From contig CATFLP010000067.1 in NCBI GenBank assembly GCA_949514915.1, positions 1-57,741 on the forward strand: 57,741 nucleotides of DNA. The letters run 5' to 3'. This DNA is from Methanobacteriota archaeon (GTDB lineage Archaea > Thermoplasmatota > Poseidoniia > Poseidoniales > Poseidoniaceae). Both the position numbers and the translations under genes were made by a program. Shown here in pieces: positions 26,402-35,622 of the stretch. Each line of letters starts with the position of its first letter. Position 1 is the first letter of the stretch. The notes beneath the pieces were generated by a model that was not told where the DNA came from, did no database searches, and was given only the letters and a program-made list of their open reading frames with translations.

Positions 26402-27627
26402 TTAATTTTATTCCATTCAATAATTGCACAAACTCAAATAACGTTTCCGTTTCCGTTGTTTACATGGGGAAACTGCCTACCACATTTGATGAATGGATTA
26501 CAAATTTTGAACAATGGAGAGAAAATGTTGGTTTCGATGCTAAGTGGGCTGGTGATTTTGAATTAAAGCCCTTATTTGACTGGGAAAGAGCTGGAGATGT
26601 AATCGAATTTGGAGATTATGCTGGAAGGCCAAAATGGGAAAGGTCTTTACAAATACCTCATCAGAATATCAGAGATTCTTTACTATCAATGATTACTGTT
26701 CAAGGAGATACTGAATTTGCATCCGTGGAACAACAAAAACATTTGTTGGAATCTGCACCTACAGATTATGACCGCTATGCTGCTGCAAGAATAATGGTTG
26801 AAGAACAAAGACATGGATGGCAAATGTGTTATTTGTTAATGACATATTTTGGAAAACAAGGGGCCCGTGAGGCACAAAAATTACTCGAAAGAAATGCACA
26901 AACGGGTAGTAGACTACTTGGAGCATTTAATGAACCAATGGATCATTGGTTAGATTTCTTTTGTTATACTATGTTTGTAGACAGGGATGGGAAATTTCAA
27001 CTAGGAATGTTATCAACCTCAAGTTTCAAACCCTTAGCAGCTAGTATGGGACCTATGTTAAAAGAGGAATCATTTCATCTAGGAACAGGAGCAAATGGAT
27101 TACGTAGAATAATTAAAGCAGACGTAATCCCTAGAGATTTATTACAACGTTACATGAATAAATGGGTTTCTACTGCCCATGATTTATTTGGAACTGATAA
27201 TTCTTCAAGTGCTGAATGGGCTTATGTTTGGGGAATAAAAGGAAGATGGGACGAAAGAAAAAAGCAAGAAAGTGGCATAGAAGTAAACAAAGAACACCTT
27301 AATGAAGAATCTCGAGGACATTACCATGACGAAATTGTAGCTGAAGTTGAAGAAAAACTAAACAAATTACTTTCAGAAGATGAAATACCATTTTATGTTG
27401 CAGATGAAAAATTCAATAGAGATATTGGAACATATTCTGACAAAAAATATACCGTTGAAGGCGATGAATGGGATGAAAATGATGGAAGTTATGAAGACTA
27501 TTGTGAGAAAATGCTTCCAACTGATCAAGATGAAGATACACTAAAAGAATTATTCAAACAAGAATGGATCGAATTTAGAGCACCAACAAAAAGAATGATT
27601 GAATCTGGAATTGGGCAGTTGCAATAA
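26398..27627 (+). CDS. Diiron-carboxylate acyl-CoA oxygenase resembling benzoyl-CoA 2,3-epoxidase subunit BoxB
   Basis: VQGDTEFASVEQQKH, VEEQRHGWQM (ExxH), FVDRDGKFQL and KEESFHLGTG (ExxH) match the BoxB pattern as I recall it. The ATGA overlap with the crotonase stop suggests coupling. The alternative start ATG 26464 gives 387 aa. Confidence 0.6.
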   Translation: MINFIPFNNCTNSNNVSVSVVYMGKLPTTFDEWITNFEQWRENVGFDAKWAGDFELKPLFDWERAGDVIEFGDYAGRPKWERSLQIPHQNIRDSLLSMITVQGDTEFASVEQQKHLLESAPTDYDRYAAARIMVEEQRHGWQMCYLLMTYFGKQGAREAQKLLERNAQTGSRLLGAFNEPMDHWLDFFCYTMFVDRDGKFQLGMLSTSSFKPLAASMGPMLKEESFHLGTGANGLRRIIKADVIPRDLLQRYMNKWVSTAHDLFGTDNSSSAEWAYVWGIKGRWDERKKQESGIEVNKEHLNEESRGHYHDEIVAEVEEKLNKLLSEDEIPFYVADEKFNRDIGTYSDKKYTVEGDEWDENDGSYEDYCEKMLPTDQDEDTLKELFKQEWIEFRAPTKRMIESGIGQLQ

Positions 27628-27640
27628 ATGGTGAATCTAA

Positions 27641-28195
27641 TTGATTCCTACATCCTTGTTTGGAATTAATGCAAAATTATGTAATGAATTTTTCAAAGAA
27701 TTACCTGAATTATTAGAAATTTCTGATATTAATAATCCAGAATATGAAAAAATGCTCTATGAAACTCTTGAATTAAATGGTTTCGAACAACTTGAAAAAA
27801 TAAATGAATATGTTGGGTTTAAAAAACAAAATTGGGGAGATGAAATTAATCAAGAAATAATTTCAACTTTAGAAATTACCAAATATCCTGATGTTTCAAT
27901 GGTTGAAAACCTACTTTCACTAGAAAATGTAGATTGTGTATTATTATCAAATTGGTTACATTTTCTCAAAAATATACACCCAATATATGACGAAGATGCT
28001 TGTTCTGCATTAAAACTAATGAATCTAAATGTTCCATATAAACCAAATGATTTAACTTGTTATTCAAAATATGTTTCTGTAATTGATGGATTAAAGGAAT
28101 ATGCACCTGCGGGAGCATTACCAGAATATGCACTTCCAAGACAAAGGTTACTACAATTAGGGTTAGCAATGTGGTTTAATCAAAAAAGGGAATAA
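27641..28195 (+). CDS. Hypothetical protein (184 aa) inside the BoxB-like operon
   Basis: ORF with a TTG start, co-oriented and tightly spaced with its neighbours. No motif recognised. Confidence 0.5.
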   Translation: MIPTSLFGINAKLCNEFFKELPELLEISDINNPEYEKMLYETLELNGFEQLEKINEYVGFKKQNWGDEINQEIISTLEITKYPDVSMVENLLSLENVDCVLLSNWLHFLKNIHPIYDEDACSALKLMNLNVPYKPNDLTCYSKYVSVIDGLKEYAPAGALPEYALPRQRLLQLGLAMWFNQKRE

Positions 28196-28223
28196 TCTTG
28201 TATTAAAGCGGAATGGGATTCAT

Positions 28224-29117
28224 ATGGAGATAAAGAATGTGGCCGTAATCGGTGCTGGAACAATGGGTGCTGGTATTGCTCAAGTTTGTGCTCAGGCAGG
28301 TTGGAAAACAACTTTATTTGATGCTTATCCTGAAGGTTTAGAAAAAGGTATGAATTCAATTGATTCCTTTTGGGAAAAAGGAATTTCAAGGGGTAAAACC
28401 ACACAAGAACAAAAAGAAAAGTGGGCTTCTAATATCCATCCTACTATGGATCTAATTACAGCTGTAAAGGATGCTGATATGGTAATCGAAGCAGTTCCAG
28501 AAATCCTTGAAATAAAAACAAAAATATTCCATGTACTTGGTGAAGAGACTAAAGAAGATTGTATCTTAGGCACCAATACTTCTTCTCTTTCAATTACAGA
28601 TATTGCTGCAGCATCAGGGCGACCTGAAAGAGTAATTGGCATGCATTTTTTTAATCCTGTACCAATAATGAATCTTCTTGAATTAGTTAAACATGACTTA
28701 TGCTCTGATACTACTATCTTATTAGCAAAAGAAGCAGGCAAAATAATGGGTAAAACAACAATACTAGTGAAAGATGTCCCTGGTTTTGCCACCTCTCGTT
28801 TAGGAGTTGTACTTGGAAATGAGGCCATAAGAATGCTAGCAGATGGTGTTGCATCTGCAAGTGATATTGATACTGCAATGAAACTTGGATATAAACATCC
28901 AATGGGTCCACTTGAATTATCAGATTTAGTTGGATTAGATGTTCGTAAAGACATCCTTAATAATCTCGCAGAATCATTCTCTGATGAATCTTATCGCCCT
29001 CATCCATTATTAGAAAAATTAGTGGAAAAGGGAGATTTGGGTAAAAAAACAAACAAAGGAATCTACAATTGGAATAACGGTGTAAAATCTGAAAGAGATG
29101 ATTTGCCGTTTCTTTAG
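28224..29117 (+). CDS. hbd: 3-hydroxyacyl-CoA (3-hydroxybutyryl-CoA) dehydrogenase
   Basis: VAVIGAGTMGAGIAQV, TNTSSLSIT, GMHFFNPVP, DVPGF and GYKHPMGPLELSDLVGLD. Confidence 0.9.
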   Translation: MEIKNVAVIGAGTMGAGIAQVCAQAGWKTTLFDAYPEGLEKGMNSIDSFWEKGISRGKTTQEQKEKWASNIHPTMDLITAVKDADMVIEAVPEILEIKTKIFHVLGEETKEDCILGTNTSSLSITDIAAASGRPERVIGMHFFNPVPIMNLLELVKHDLCSDTTILLAKEAGKIMGKTTILVKDVPGFATSRLGVVLGNEAIRMLADGVASASDIDTAMKLGYKHPMGPLELSDLVGLDVRKDILNNLAESFSDESYRPHPLLEKLVEKGDLGKKTNKGIYNWNNGVKSERDDLPFL

Positions 29118-29215
29118 GGGAATATAATTTCCCCGCATTCTGGGCATTCCATTCCAGGGATAAAAATTCCAATTGTATATCCACATTTCGAGCAAATTGA
29201 GATGACTTCGTCCAT
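29114..29215 (-). CDS. Small zinc-ribbon protein (33 aa), below the ORF-track size cutoff
   Basis: Manual translation gives MDEVISICSKCGYTIGIFIPGMECPECGEIIFP, with CxxC-x12-CxxC spacing. The ATG is at 29215. The TAA (29114-29116) overlaps the hbd stop by 4 nt in a convergent arrangement. Confidence 0.4.
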   Translation of the reverse strand: MDEVISICSKCGYTIGIFIPGMECPECGEIIFP

Positions 29216-29326
29216 AGTTTTCAATACAATGAGAAATGCCCCTAAATTTAAATTCATTGATAATATCTGGTTTTATTCATGATATAATACGGCAAAGTCA
29301 ATAACGGCATGACATGAGAGACAATA

Positions 29327-30505
29327 ATGAGTGATGTAGGAAACTCGTCAGAGGAATGGAAATTAGATCTTCTTAATGCATCATTTTTATGCAGCACTCC
29401 AATACTTGCAATTGTTGGAGTAATTTGGTATACATTTAATTATGGAATCTCAATAGCTGAAATTAGTATTCTATTTTTTATGTATCTCGCAAGTGGGCTT
29501 TCAATAACTGCGGGATATCATAGATTATTTAGCCATAGATCTCATTCTGCATCATGGCCTTTAAGATTATTTTATGCTATTTTTGGTGCAGCAGCCTTCC
29601 AAAACTCGGCTATTAAATGGTGTAGTGACCATAGAAGGCATCATTTGAAAACTGATTCAGAAGAAGACCCTTACTCGATAATTAGAGGATTTTTTTGGGC
29701 TCATATGGGATGGGTAATGATTTCGGAAAAGGATCAAAAAATAGAACATGTTGAAGATTTACAATCAGACCCTATTCTAATATGGCAAGACAAACACATA
29801 TTCAAAATCGGTGGATTTGCAGGTATAATCTTACCTGGGTTAGTGGGAATAATACTAATTGGAGGATTTATTGGATTTTTAGGAGGTTTAATTTGGGGAG
29901 GTTTGTTAAGGCTCGTAATAGTACATCATGGAACATTCTTGATAAATTCTGGTGCTCATTATTGGGGTAAACAAAATTATTCTACAAAAAATACATCTAG
30001 AGATTCACCAATTCTATCTTTACTTACATTCGGAGAAGGATATCATAATTTCCACCATACATTTCAAGCAGATTATCGTAATGGACACAAATGGTATCAT
30101 TGGGATCCTACAAAATGGTGGATTAAATTTTTCTCGATAATTAATATCACAAAAAACCTACATAAGATCCCATCATGGACAATAGAAGATGCAAAAATGA
30201 AAACTTCTTTCGAACATAAAGAGAAAAGTGTAATCAATAGTACAAATAAAGATGATTTTAAGAAAAGATTAGATGAATGTTCAATAAAAATGAGAACTCT
30301 ATTAAAAGACATTGCAAAACGACGTTTGGAATATAAAAACGCAAGAAAGAAAAGAAAACTTGAATTAAAAGAAACTTGGAATAAAAAGAAAATGATAATG
30401 AAAGCAAAAATCAAAGATGCTAGAAAAAATCTTGCATTAGTGCGGATTGAATTCAGAAATTTGATGAAAGAAATGAAAGCACAAAATAAAATTACTGTGG
30501 CATAA
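29327..30505 (+). CDS. Membrane acyl-CoA/acyl-lipid desaturase (Delta9, stearoyl-CoA desaturase family) with Lys-rich C-terminal extension
   Basis: Three histidine boxes (HRLFSHRS, HRRHH, HNFHH) and hydrophobic hairpins. The ~100-aa C-terminal coiled-coil-like tail is RRLEYKNARKKRKLELKETWNKKKMIMKAKIKDARK. Confidence 0.85.
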   Translation: MSDVGNSSEEWKLDLLNASFLCSTPILAIVGVIWYTFNYGISIAEISILFFMYLASGLSITAGYHRLFSHRSHSASWPLRLFYAIFGAAAFQNSAIKWCSDHRRHHLKTDSEEDPYSIIRGFFWAHMGWVMISEKDQKIEHVEDLQSDPILIWQDKHIFKIGGFAGIILPGLVGIILIGGFIGFLGGLIWGGLLRLVIVHHGTFLINSGAHYWGKQNYSTKNTSRDSPILSLLTFGEGYHNFHHTFQADYRNGHKWYHWDPTKWWIKFFSIINITKNLHKIPSWTIEDAKMKTSFEHKEKSVINSTNKDDFKKRLDECSIKMRTLLKDIAKRRLEYKNARKKRKLELKETWNKKKMIMKAKIKDARKNLALVRIEFRNLMKEMKAQNKITVA

Positions 30506-30507
30506 TT

Positions 30508-31287
30508 TTAATCAAAATTTGCTTTCCTTTTTTCTAAAAATGCATCAATACCTTCAGAAAATTCATTGGAAAATCCTGCATCAATAATTCTTCTCTGTTC
30601 AAATTTTAAATGTGATTCTAAATCATTATGTTCTTGATGGTCAAGTAAATCTTTACTTGAACGACTTGCCTTAGCCCAACTACCCCATTCTTCAGCTTTT
30701 TTGATAGATCTTGGAATCAAATCAGAATCCTCAACTAATTCATCTATTGCACCTAACCTCAAACATTTTTCTGCTGGCCAAACTTGATTTTCAAAGAAAA
30801 ATATTCTAGAATTTTGAGAACCTACTAATCTTGGCAATAACCAACTTGTTCCACCATCAGGAGATAATCCTAATGAAAAATAAGATGCTGCAAATTTGCC
30901 ATTTTTCGAAGCAATTCTATAATCTGCTGATAATGCTAAACCTAAACCTGCTCCAGCAGCTGCACCATTTACTGCTGCAATCATTATTGTATCACTATTT
31001 CTTATTTTTAAAATTAAGGGATGCAATATATCTGTCATTTTTTTGATCCACTTACCAATTGTACCTTGATCATAGTGTTTTCTAAATTCATTAATATTAG
31101 CTCCTGCACAAAAAAATCTATCTGTTCCAGTTAGAATAAATGAATGAATTGATTCATCATCAATAATTTGTCTAATTTTTATATCTAATTCACCCATAAA
31201 TTCAGGGTCAAATGCATTTGTTGCTGACTCATCTGTTAATCTAACAAGTACTACTCTTTTTGAAATCGCCTCAATTTCAACTGGCAT
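30508..31287 (-). CDS. Enoyl-CoA hydratase/isomerase family protein
   Basis: FFCAGANINEF and AAVNGAAAGAGLGLALSADYRIA, with a C-terminal EGIDAFLEKRKANF. Confidence 0.85.
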   Translation of the reverse strand: MPVEIEAISKRVVLVRLTDESATNAFDPEFMGELDIKIRQIIDDESIHSFILTGTDRFFCAGANINEFRKHYDQGTIGKWIKKMTDILHPLILKIRNSDTIMIAAVNGAAAGAGLGLALSADYRIASKNGKFAASYFSLGLSPDGGTSWLLPRLVGSQNSRIFFFENQVWPAEKCLRLGAIDELVEDSDLIPRSIKKAEEWGSWAKASRSSKDLLDHQEHNDLESHLKFEQRRIIDAGFSNEFSEGIDAFLEKRKANFD

Positions 31288-31422
31288 GTTATACCGAAGA
31301 GGCCTTCGCTTTTGGTTATAGAAGGTATGTTACTAAATAGCAAAAAGAAAAAGATTGTTTAGAAAATCAAAAAAATAATCACTTATAGCGATGCATAGAT
31401 TTAATCAACTAGGTGCAATATT

Positions 31423-32049
31423 ATGGAAACATCTCGTAGACCTAAATTATTACTATTAGCAGGAGTAAATGGAGTTGGAAAATCTACTCTTTCAATGCAA
31501 ATAGCAGAATTTTTGAAAATAAAAAGAGTTGTATCTACTGATTCAATCCGTGAAGTTCTACGTTCAAATATTGATTCTATTGAATCTCCTGAATTACATA
31601 GAAGTACATTTAGCGTTGGAAAACACAAACATCCAATATCAGATTGGGAAGATTGCTGTAATGTTGTAAAAGAAGGTGTTAATTCAATTATTAACAAATC
31701 AAGAAGAGAGGGTTTAGATCTTATTTTAGAAGGAGTACATCTAAAACCCGATAATGAAATCATTAGAGCTTGGAAAGAAGAAGGAGGGGTGGCCATCGGA
31801 GTAATTCTTTATGTGCATAACGAAGAAAATCACAAAAGAATGATTATATCAAGAGAAAAAGAAACTTGGAGACATGCTGAAAGATATCTAAATTCATTTG
31901 ATAAAATAAGGTCGATTCAAACAGGTATTCTTGATATGGGTAAACCATTAAATTGGAAAACTATCGATTTATCTACTGGAGTTGATGCAGTAAATGAAAT
32001 TACACACTGGTTTGATTTAGAATGGAATCTTGCAGAGCAAAAATTATAA
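31423..32049 (+). CDS. P-loop kinase resembling 2-phosphoglycerate kinase (COG2074-like)
   Basis: LLLAGVNGVGKSTLSMQIAEFLKIKRVVSTDSIREVLR matches the GxxGxGKST..STDxIRE pattern of that family. Confidence 0.55.
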   Translation: METSRRPKLLLLAGVNGVGKSTLSMQIAEFLKIKRVVSTDSIREVLRSNIDSIESPELHRSTFSVGKHKHPISDWEDCCNVVKEGVNSIINKSRREGLDLILEGVHLKPDNEIIRAWKEEGGVAIGVILYVHNEENHKRMIISREKETWRHAERYLNSFDKIRSIQTGILDMGKPLNWKTIDLSTGVDAVNEITHWFDLEWNLAEQKL

Positions 32050-32478
32050 AATTTCAAATTCAATACTTAATGGTAATTCGATTGTTGAATCTGAAACTAT
32101 GTTTAAAATAGTCATTACAGCGATATTATTATCATTAATTTCTATTTCTAAATCTGTTAAACTAATTTGCATACCTCTAAGTATCCCATGACTTTTTAAA
32201 TCATATTCAATTGAATCCAATGAATCTAAAACAGCATCATCTAAATCCATTCCAGCATCAACTCGAATTTGGGTTCTATTCTCTAATGATGGTAAAAATA
32301 TCTTCTCTACTTCCTCTGTAGTGTCTAAAACATCCGTAACATCACTTGTTCTTGGTAAATCATAACCTGCTACCTTTACACCATATAATGACATTGATAA
32401 TAAACTCATTAGTAAGACTAGACCTGCGGCTAATAACATTTGACCTGAGTCATTTTTGATTAAATCATTATTCCTCAT
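32044..32478 (-). CDS. Pilin-like protein with class III (type IV prepilin-like) N-terminus
   Basis: MRNNDLIKNDSGQ is followed by the hydrophobic helix MLLAAGLVLLMSLLSMSLYGV. ATG 32478 overlaps the upstream stop (TAATG). It is the last gene of the filament locus. Confidence 0.5.
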   Translation of the reverse strand: MRNNDLIKNDSGQMLLAAGLVLLMSLLSMSLYGVKVAGYDLPRTSDVTDVLDTTEEVEKIFLPSLENRTQIRVDAGMDLDDAVLDSLDSIEYDLKSHGILRGMQISLTDLEIEINDNNIAVMTILNIVSDSTIELPLSIEFEIL

Positions 32479-32942
32479 TATGCTCCCCCTCCTTGACTCC
32501 AAACATCAAGAGCAATACTCCAAAGATCTCCAGAATCCTGAACGATGATATATGATGTAACACTATTTCCTACAGGGGTTCCACTAAATTCTGAAATTTC
32601 TATTGCTCCACTATTTTGTGCAATCCAACAATTTGCTTCATATGTTGAAGGTAATCCTTCTTTTACAAATTCACAAGCAGAATTTAAATTTCCTATTGAT
32701 AGTAATTCAGATAATTTTGATGTATGATTCTCCCTATCTAATGCTGGTTCACTCGCTGCTAAATCAAGTGCATCTCTTCCAGCCATTGATAATGATGCAT
32801 CAATAATCTCTGAATTTGAATCAGGAACATGAATATTAATTACAAACATCGCTGACATAAAAAATAACCAAAAAAGGGTTAACATCTCAATAATGTGTAC
32901 TTGAGCATTTGAATCAGTAGAAAGCTTACGCATATCCCCCAC
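32478..32942 (-). CDS. Pilin-like / TadE-like protein with class III-type N-terminus
   Basis: MGDMRKLSTDSNAQ is followed by VHIIEMLTLFWLFFMSAMFVINI. It shares the D-S-x(1,2)-Q junction with the neighbouring gene. Confidence 0.5.
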   Translation of the reverse strand: MGDMRKLSTDSNAQVHIIEMLTLFWLFFMSAMFVINIHVPDSNSEIIDASLSMAGRDALDLAASEPALDRENHTSKLSELLSIGNLNSACEFVKEGLPSTYEANCWIAQNSGAIEISEFSGTPVGNSVTSYIIVQDSGDLWSIALDVWSQGGGA

Positions 32943-32948
32943 CTTACG

Positions 32949-34544
32949 TCAAATCCTCAACATTCCAATTGAGGGGTTTAAACCTGGACTTGCAGGTACG
33001 CCAATTAAAGAAGGTATAAATGAAATAAATGTAAAAGAAAGCATTGCTAAAACTAACATCATTCCTGCATGTTTGAAACCAGTACTTAATCTTCCATTTG
33101 CCATTAAACCAGCCATAGCACCATTTCCTAATGCTTGAACAGTAACACCATAAAAGAAAACAACAAGGAAAAGTAAAGGATCTATTGCTCTAATTTGCAT
33201 GTTTCCAATCTGTGCAGATGAATCTCCTCCAGAACCAGTATTTGACTCAGCAATCGCGGGAATAAATACTCTTGACAATATAACAATAACAATCATGAAT
33301 ACCAGATAAGATACCCAAATTACCGCAATATAAGATGAGATTGTTCTACTTCGTTCTGCTTCTAAGAATTTAATTTCTCTACTATCACTCGCAGCAGTTA
33401 CAAGAATATCTGATATTTTTCCTCCCGCTTTATTTGCTTCTGAAATTAAAGAAACCGCTCTTTTTACTAATGGTGTGTTTACTCTTGCTGCAAATAATTC
33501 CAATACATCTCCAAAAGCAACACCCCAACTAATCTGATTAGACATCTTTTTCACGTCATCATTTAATGCACCATATTCTGAATTCGCAAGAGACGTAACC
33601 GCGACTGTCATCGACAAACCTCCCTTCCAATATTCTGCAAGATCACGTAAGAAATCAGGAAACTTTTCTTCCCTAGCATTAATGTTTTTCTGAACTCTAT
33701 CCCAATAAACAGAAGCAGGATAAATCATCAGAAAGAATCCAAATCCAAAGAAATTAATGTAAATTGTAGGATGTAGTTCGAATCCTGCTAATTCCACTTC
33801 AGGACCAATCCATTGTGATTTATTATTCATATAATTTGGAATTCCATCATAAACCATTGCAGTTACAGTAAAACTAAATTCAAAATCAGGAGCACCAGAA
33901 ACTCCATCTGGCCATTCTGGAATTAATCTAATCTGATATTCCCCAGGGTCTGCATGTTGAATTACAATACTACAATCTCCATCAGCCTCATTTGCTTTTC
34001 CAAGATGTCTCCAGCTATCTCCAATTAATTCCTCATTTGAATCTAGAATACTAACAGTATATTCCAATGATGGGTAATCTAATGATTCTGCAATACAATC
34101 AACTGTTAATTGTTGATCTGGATGCGATTTACCCGCTAATTGCGAATCTTTTAATCCTGGAACTTGAAATGATCTAGCCTTACCATCCATTCCATCCCAA
34201 GGTTCCTCCAATTCCCATACTGCGGGGGAAGGAGAATCTGTTAACAATGAACAAGTTTCATTGTCTTTATAGGATGTTTCTAATCCTAATCTTGCGTCTG
34301 CAAACGGTTGAGGATTCGGATTACCGAACTCGTCTGCTGCTGTAGTTTGACAATAAGTACTTACAAAAAATGGTAAAGCTGCATCATCATTTCCTGGGAA
34401 AAAATTACTATTTGTAAACCAAAATCCCATACACATTAATCCAAGTACAATACTAACTGTACAAATCAAATAAAGATAAGTCATGGTTCGATCATCCTTT
34501 GGAAGATCTAAATCAACCTTTAACTTCTTCTTTTTCCTTGCCAT
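32949..34544 (-). CDS. Type IV filament platform protein (single T2SSF/FlaJ-TadC-like domain) with ~230-aa extracytoplasmic insert
   Basis: Basic N-terminus MARKKKKLK, TM1, and a Cys-containing beta-rich segment. The T2SSF-like region is FPDFLRDLAEYWKGGLSMTVAVTSLA..LVKRAVSLISEANKAGGKISDIL..EAERSRTISSY, followed by C-terminal TM helices. Confidence 0.7.
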   Translation of the reverse strand: MARKKKKLKVDLDLPKDDRTMTYLYLICTVSIVLGLMCMGFWFTNSNFFPGNDDAALPFFVSTYCQTTAADEFGNPNPQPFADARLGLETSYKDNETCSLLTDSPSPAVWELEEPWDGMDGKARSFQVPGLKDSQLAGKSHPDQQLTVDCIAESLDYPSLEYTVSILDSNEELIGDSWRHLGKANEADGDCSIVIQHADPGEYQIRLIPEWPDGVSGAPDFEFSFTVTAMVYDGIPNYMNNKSQWIGPEVELAGFELHPTIYINFFGFGFFLMIYPASVYWDRVQKNINAREEKFPDFLRDLAEYWKGGLSMTVAVTSLANSEYGALNDDVKKMSNQISWGVAFGDVLELFAARVNTPLVKRAVSLISEANKAGGKISDILVTAASDSREIKFLEAERSRTISSYIAVIWVSYLVFMIVIVILSRVFIPAIAESNTGSGGDSSAQIGNMQIRAIDPLLFLVVFFYGVTVQALGNGAMAGLMANGRLSTGFKHAGMMLVLAMLSFTFISFIPSLIGVPASPGLNPSIGMLRI

Positions 34545-34553
34545 AACTACTCC

Positions 34554-35609
34554 TCACATATTTTGATCTGCTGACATTGCCCAAACTAAATATCCATAAG
34601 CAATATGAATCATAGGTAAAAATCCTAGAACTATGAAATAAAGTGTGCTTTCATCCATTGTAGATCCTGAACCACTAACCCAAAACATAATTACAAGCAT
34701 TACCAATAAGAATAAAGGCATAGCAACCGCAACAACAACATAAGATTCAGCAAGCATTGCCAATGTTTCTAAAAACACATGCAACCTTGTTCTATTTTCT
34801 CTCATGTAATGCTCTGCTCTATTTAAGAAATATATCTTAAGATTACCTCCTGCTGTTAGAGTTCCTTCCATTCCTTGGAAAAACTCCGTAAGCCATGGTG
34901 ATGCTGCTCTACCAACTGACATTTTAATAGCAGTAACTAAATCAAATCCAAGAAGGTTTGTATCTCTAAAAATTTGAGCAGAATCATGAGATATTTCACC
35001 ATAAATATCCTCATTCTTTGCTAATGATCTGAAAATTTTCTGTGGAGTAGCATTTGCTGCAGACATAGCAGCAGTATATGATGCTGCATATGGAAGATAT
35101 TTTTCAATGTCTTTTGATCTTAATTCTGCTGCCCTTTTAGCACCACCCATAAATGTTCGATAAGCAATCAATGGTGCTAACCCTAAAGTTAAAACGGGTA
35201 TTATAATCTTAAATACTGCAGGAAATACTTTAGTTTGATAATATGGGCATCCTCCATATTGAACTTCTCCAAAATCTTCAGAATTAACGCCCCAATTGAG
35301 ATTATAATCTATTTCATCAGAGTGCCAATATGCCCAATCTACGCATAGAGGAATTGCTTCTGGATCCTGAATGTTTTCATATAATGCAATACCTCCAATT
35401 TCGGGCATGAATATTAAAAAATTTAAACCAACTAATATTCCAATTGTGGCAACTGTTGATAAAATGCTTGTAGCCATAAATACTTCTGGCATTACTGTAA
35501 GATTTCCTCTCTCAATATTTTTTGTCAACTCTTTATTTTCTCTTGCTCTTTTTTTTAGGATACCCCCAAGAAGACGGTGACCTATCTTCTGCCAGGCATT
35601 TAATTCCAT
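34554..35609 (-). CDS. Type IV filament platform protein (single T2SSF/FlaJ-TadB-like domain)
   Basis: KYLPYAASYTAAMSAANATPQKIFRSLA..GEISHDSAQIFRDTNLLGFDLVTAIK..TAGGNLKIYF..ETLAMLAESYVV, with flanking TM helices. Confidence 0.65.
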   Translation of the reverse strand: MELNAWQKIGHRLLGGILKKRARENKELTKNIERGNLTVMPEVFMATSILSTVATIGILVGLNFLIFMPEIGGIALYENIQDPEAIPLCVDWAYWHSDEIDYNLNWGVNSEDFGEVQYGGCPYYQTKVFPAVFKIIIPVLTLGLAPLIAYRTFMGGAKRAAELRSKDIEKYLPYAASYTAAMSAANATPQKIFRSLAKNEDIYGEISHDSAQIFRDTNLLGFDLVTAIKMSVGRAASPWLTEFFQGMEGTLTAGGNLKIYFLNRAEHYMRENRTRLHVFLETLAMLAESYVVVAVAMPLFLLVMLVIMFWVSGSGSTMDESTLYFIVLGFLPMIHIAYGYLVWAMSADQNM

Positions 35610-35622
35610 TTCAATCTCCTTA

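Noticed and set aside
34544-34554. Idea that the two platform genes are one FlaJ gene broken by a frameshift (pseudogene)
   Set aside because: Each ORF has its own plausible start, with basic N-termini (MELNAWQK.. and MARKKKKLK) and its own complete T2SSF-like domain and TM set. The second gene additionally carries a long insert. A TadB/TadC-like two-gene arrangement is a known configuration.
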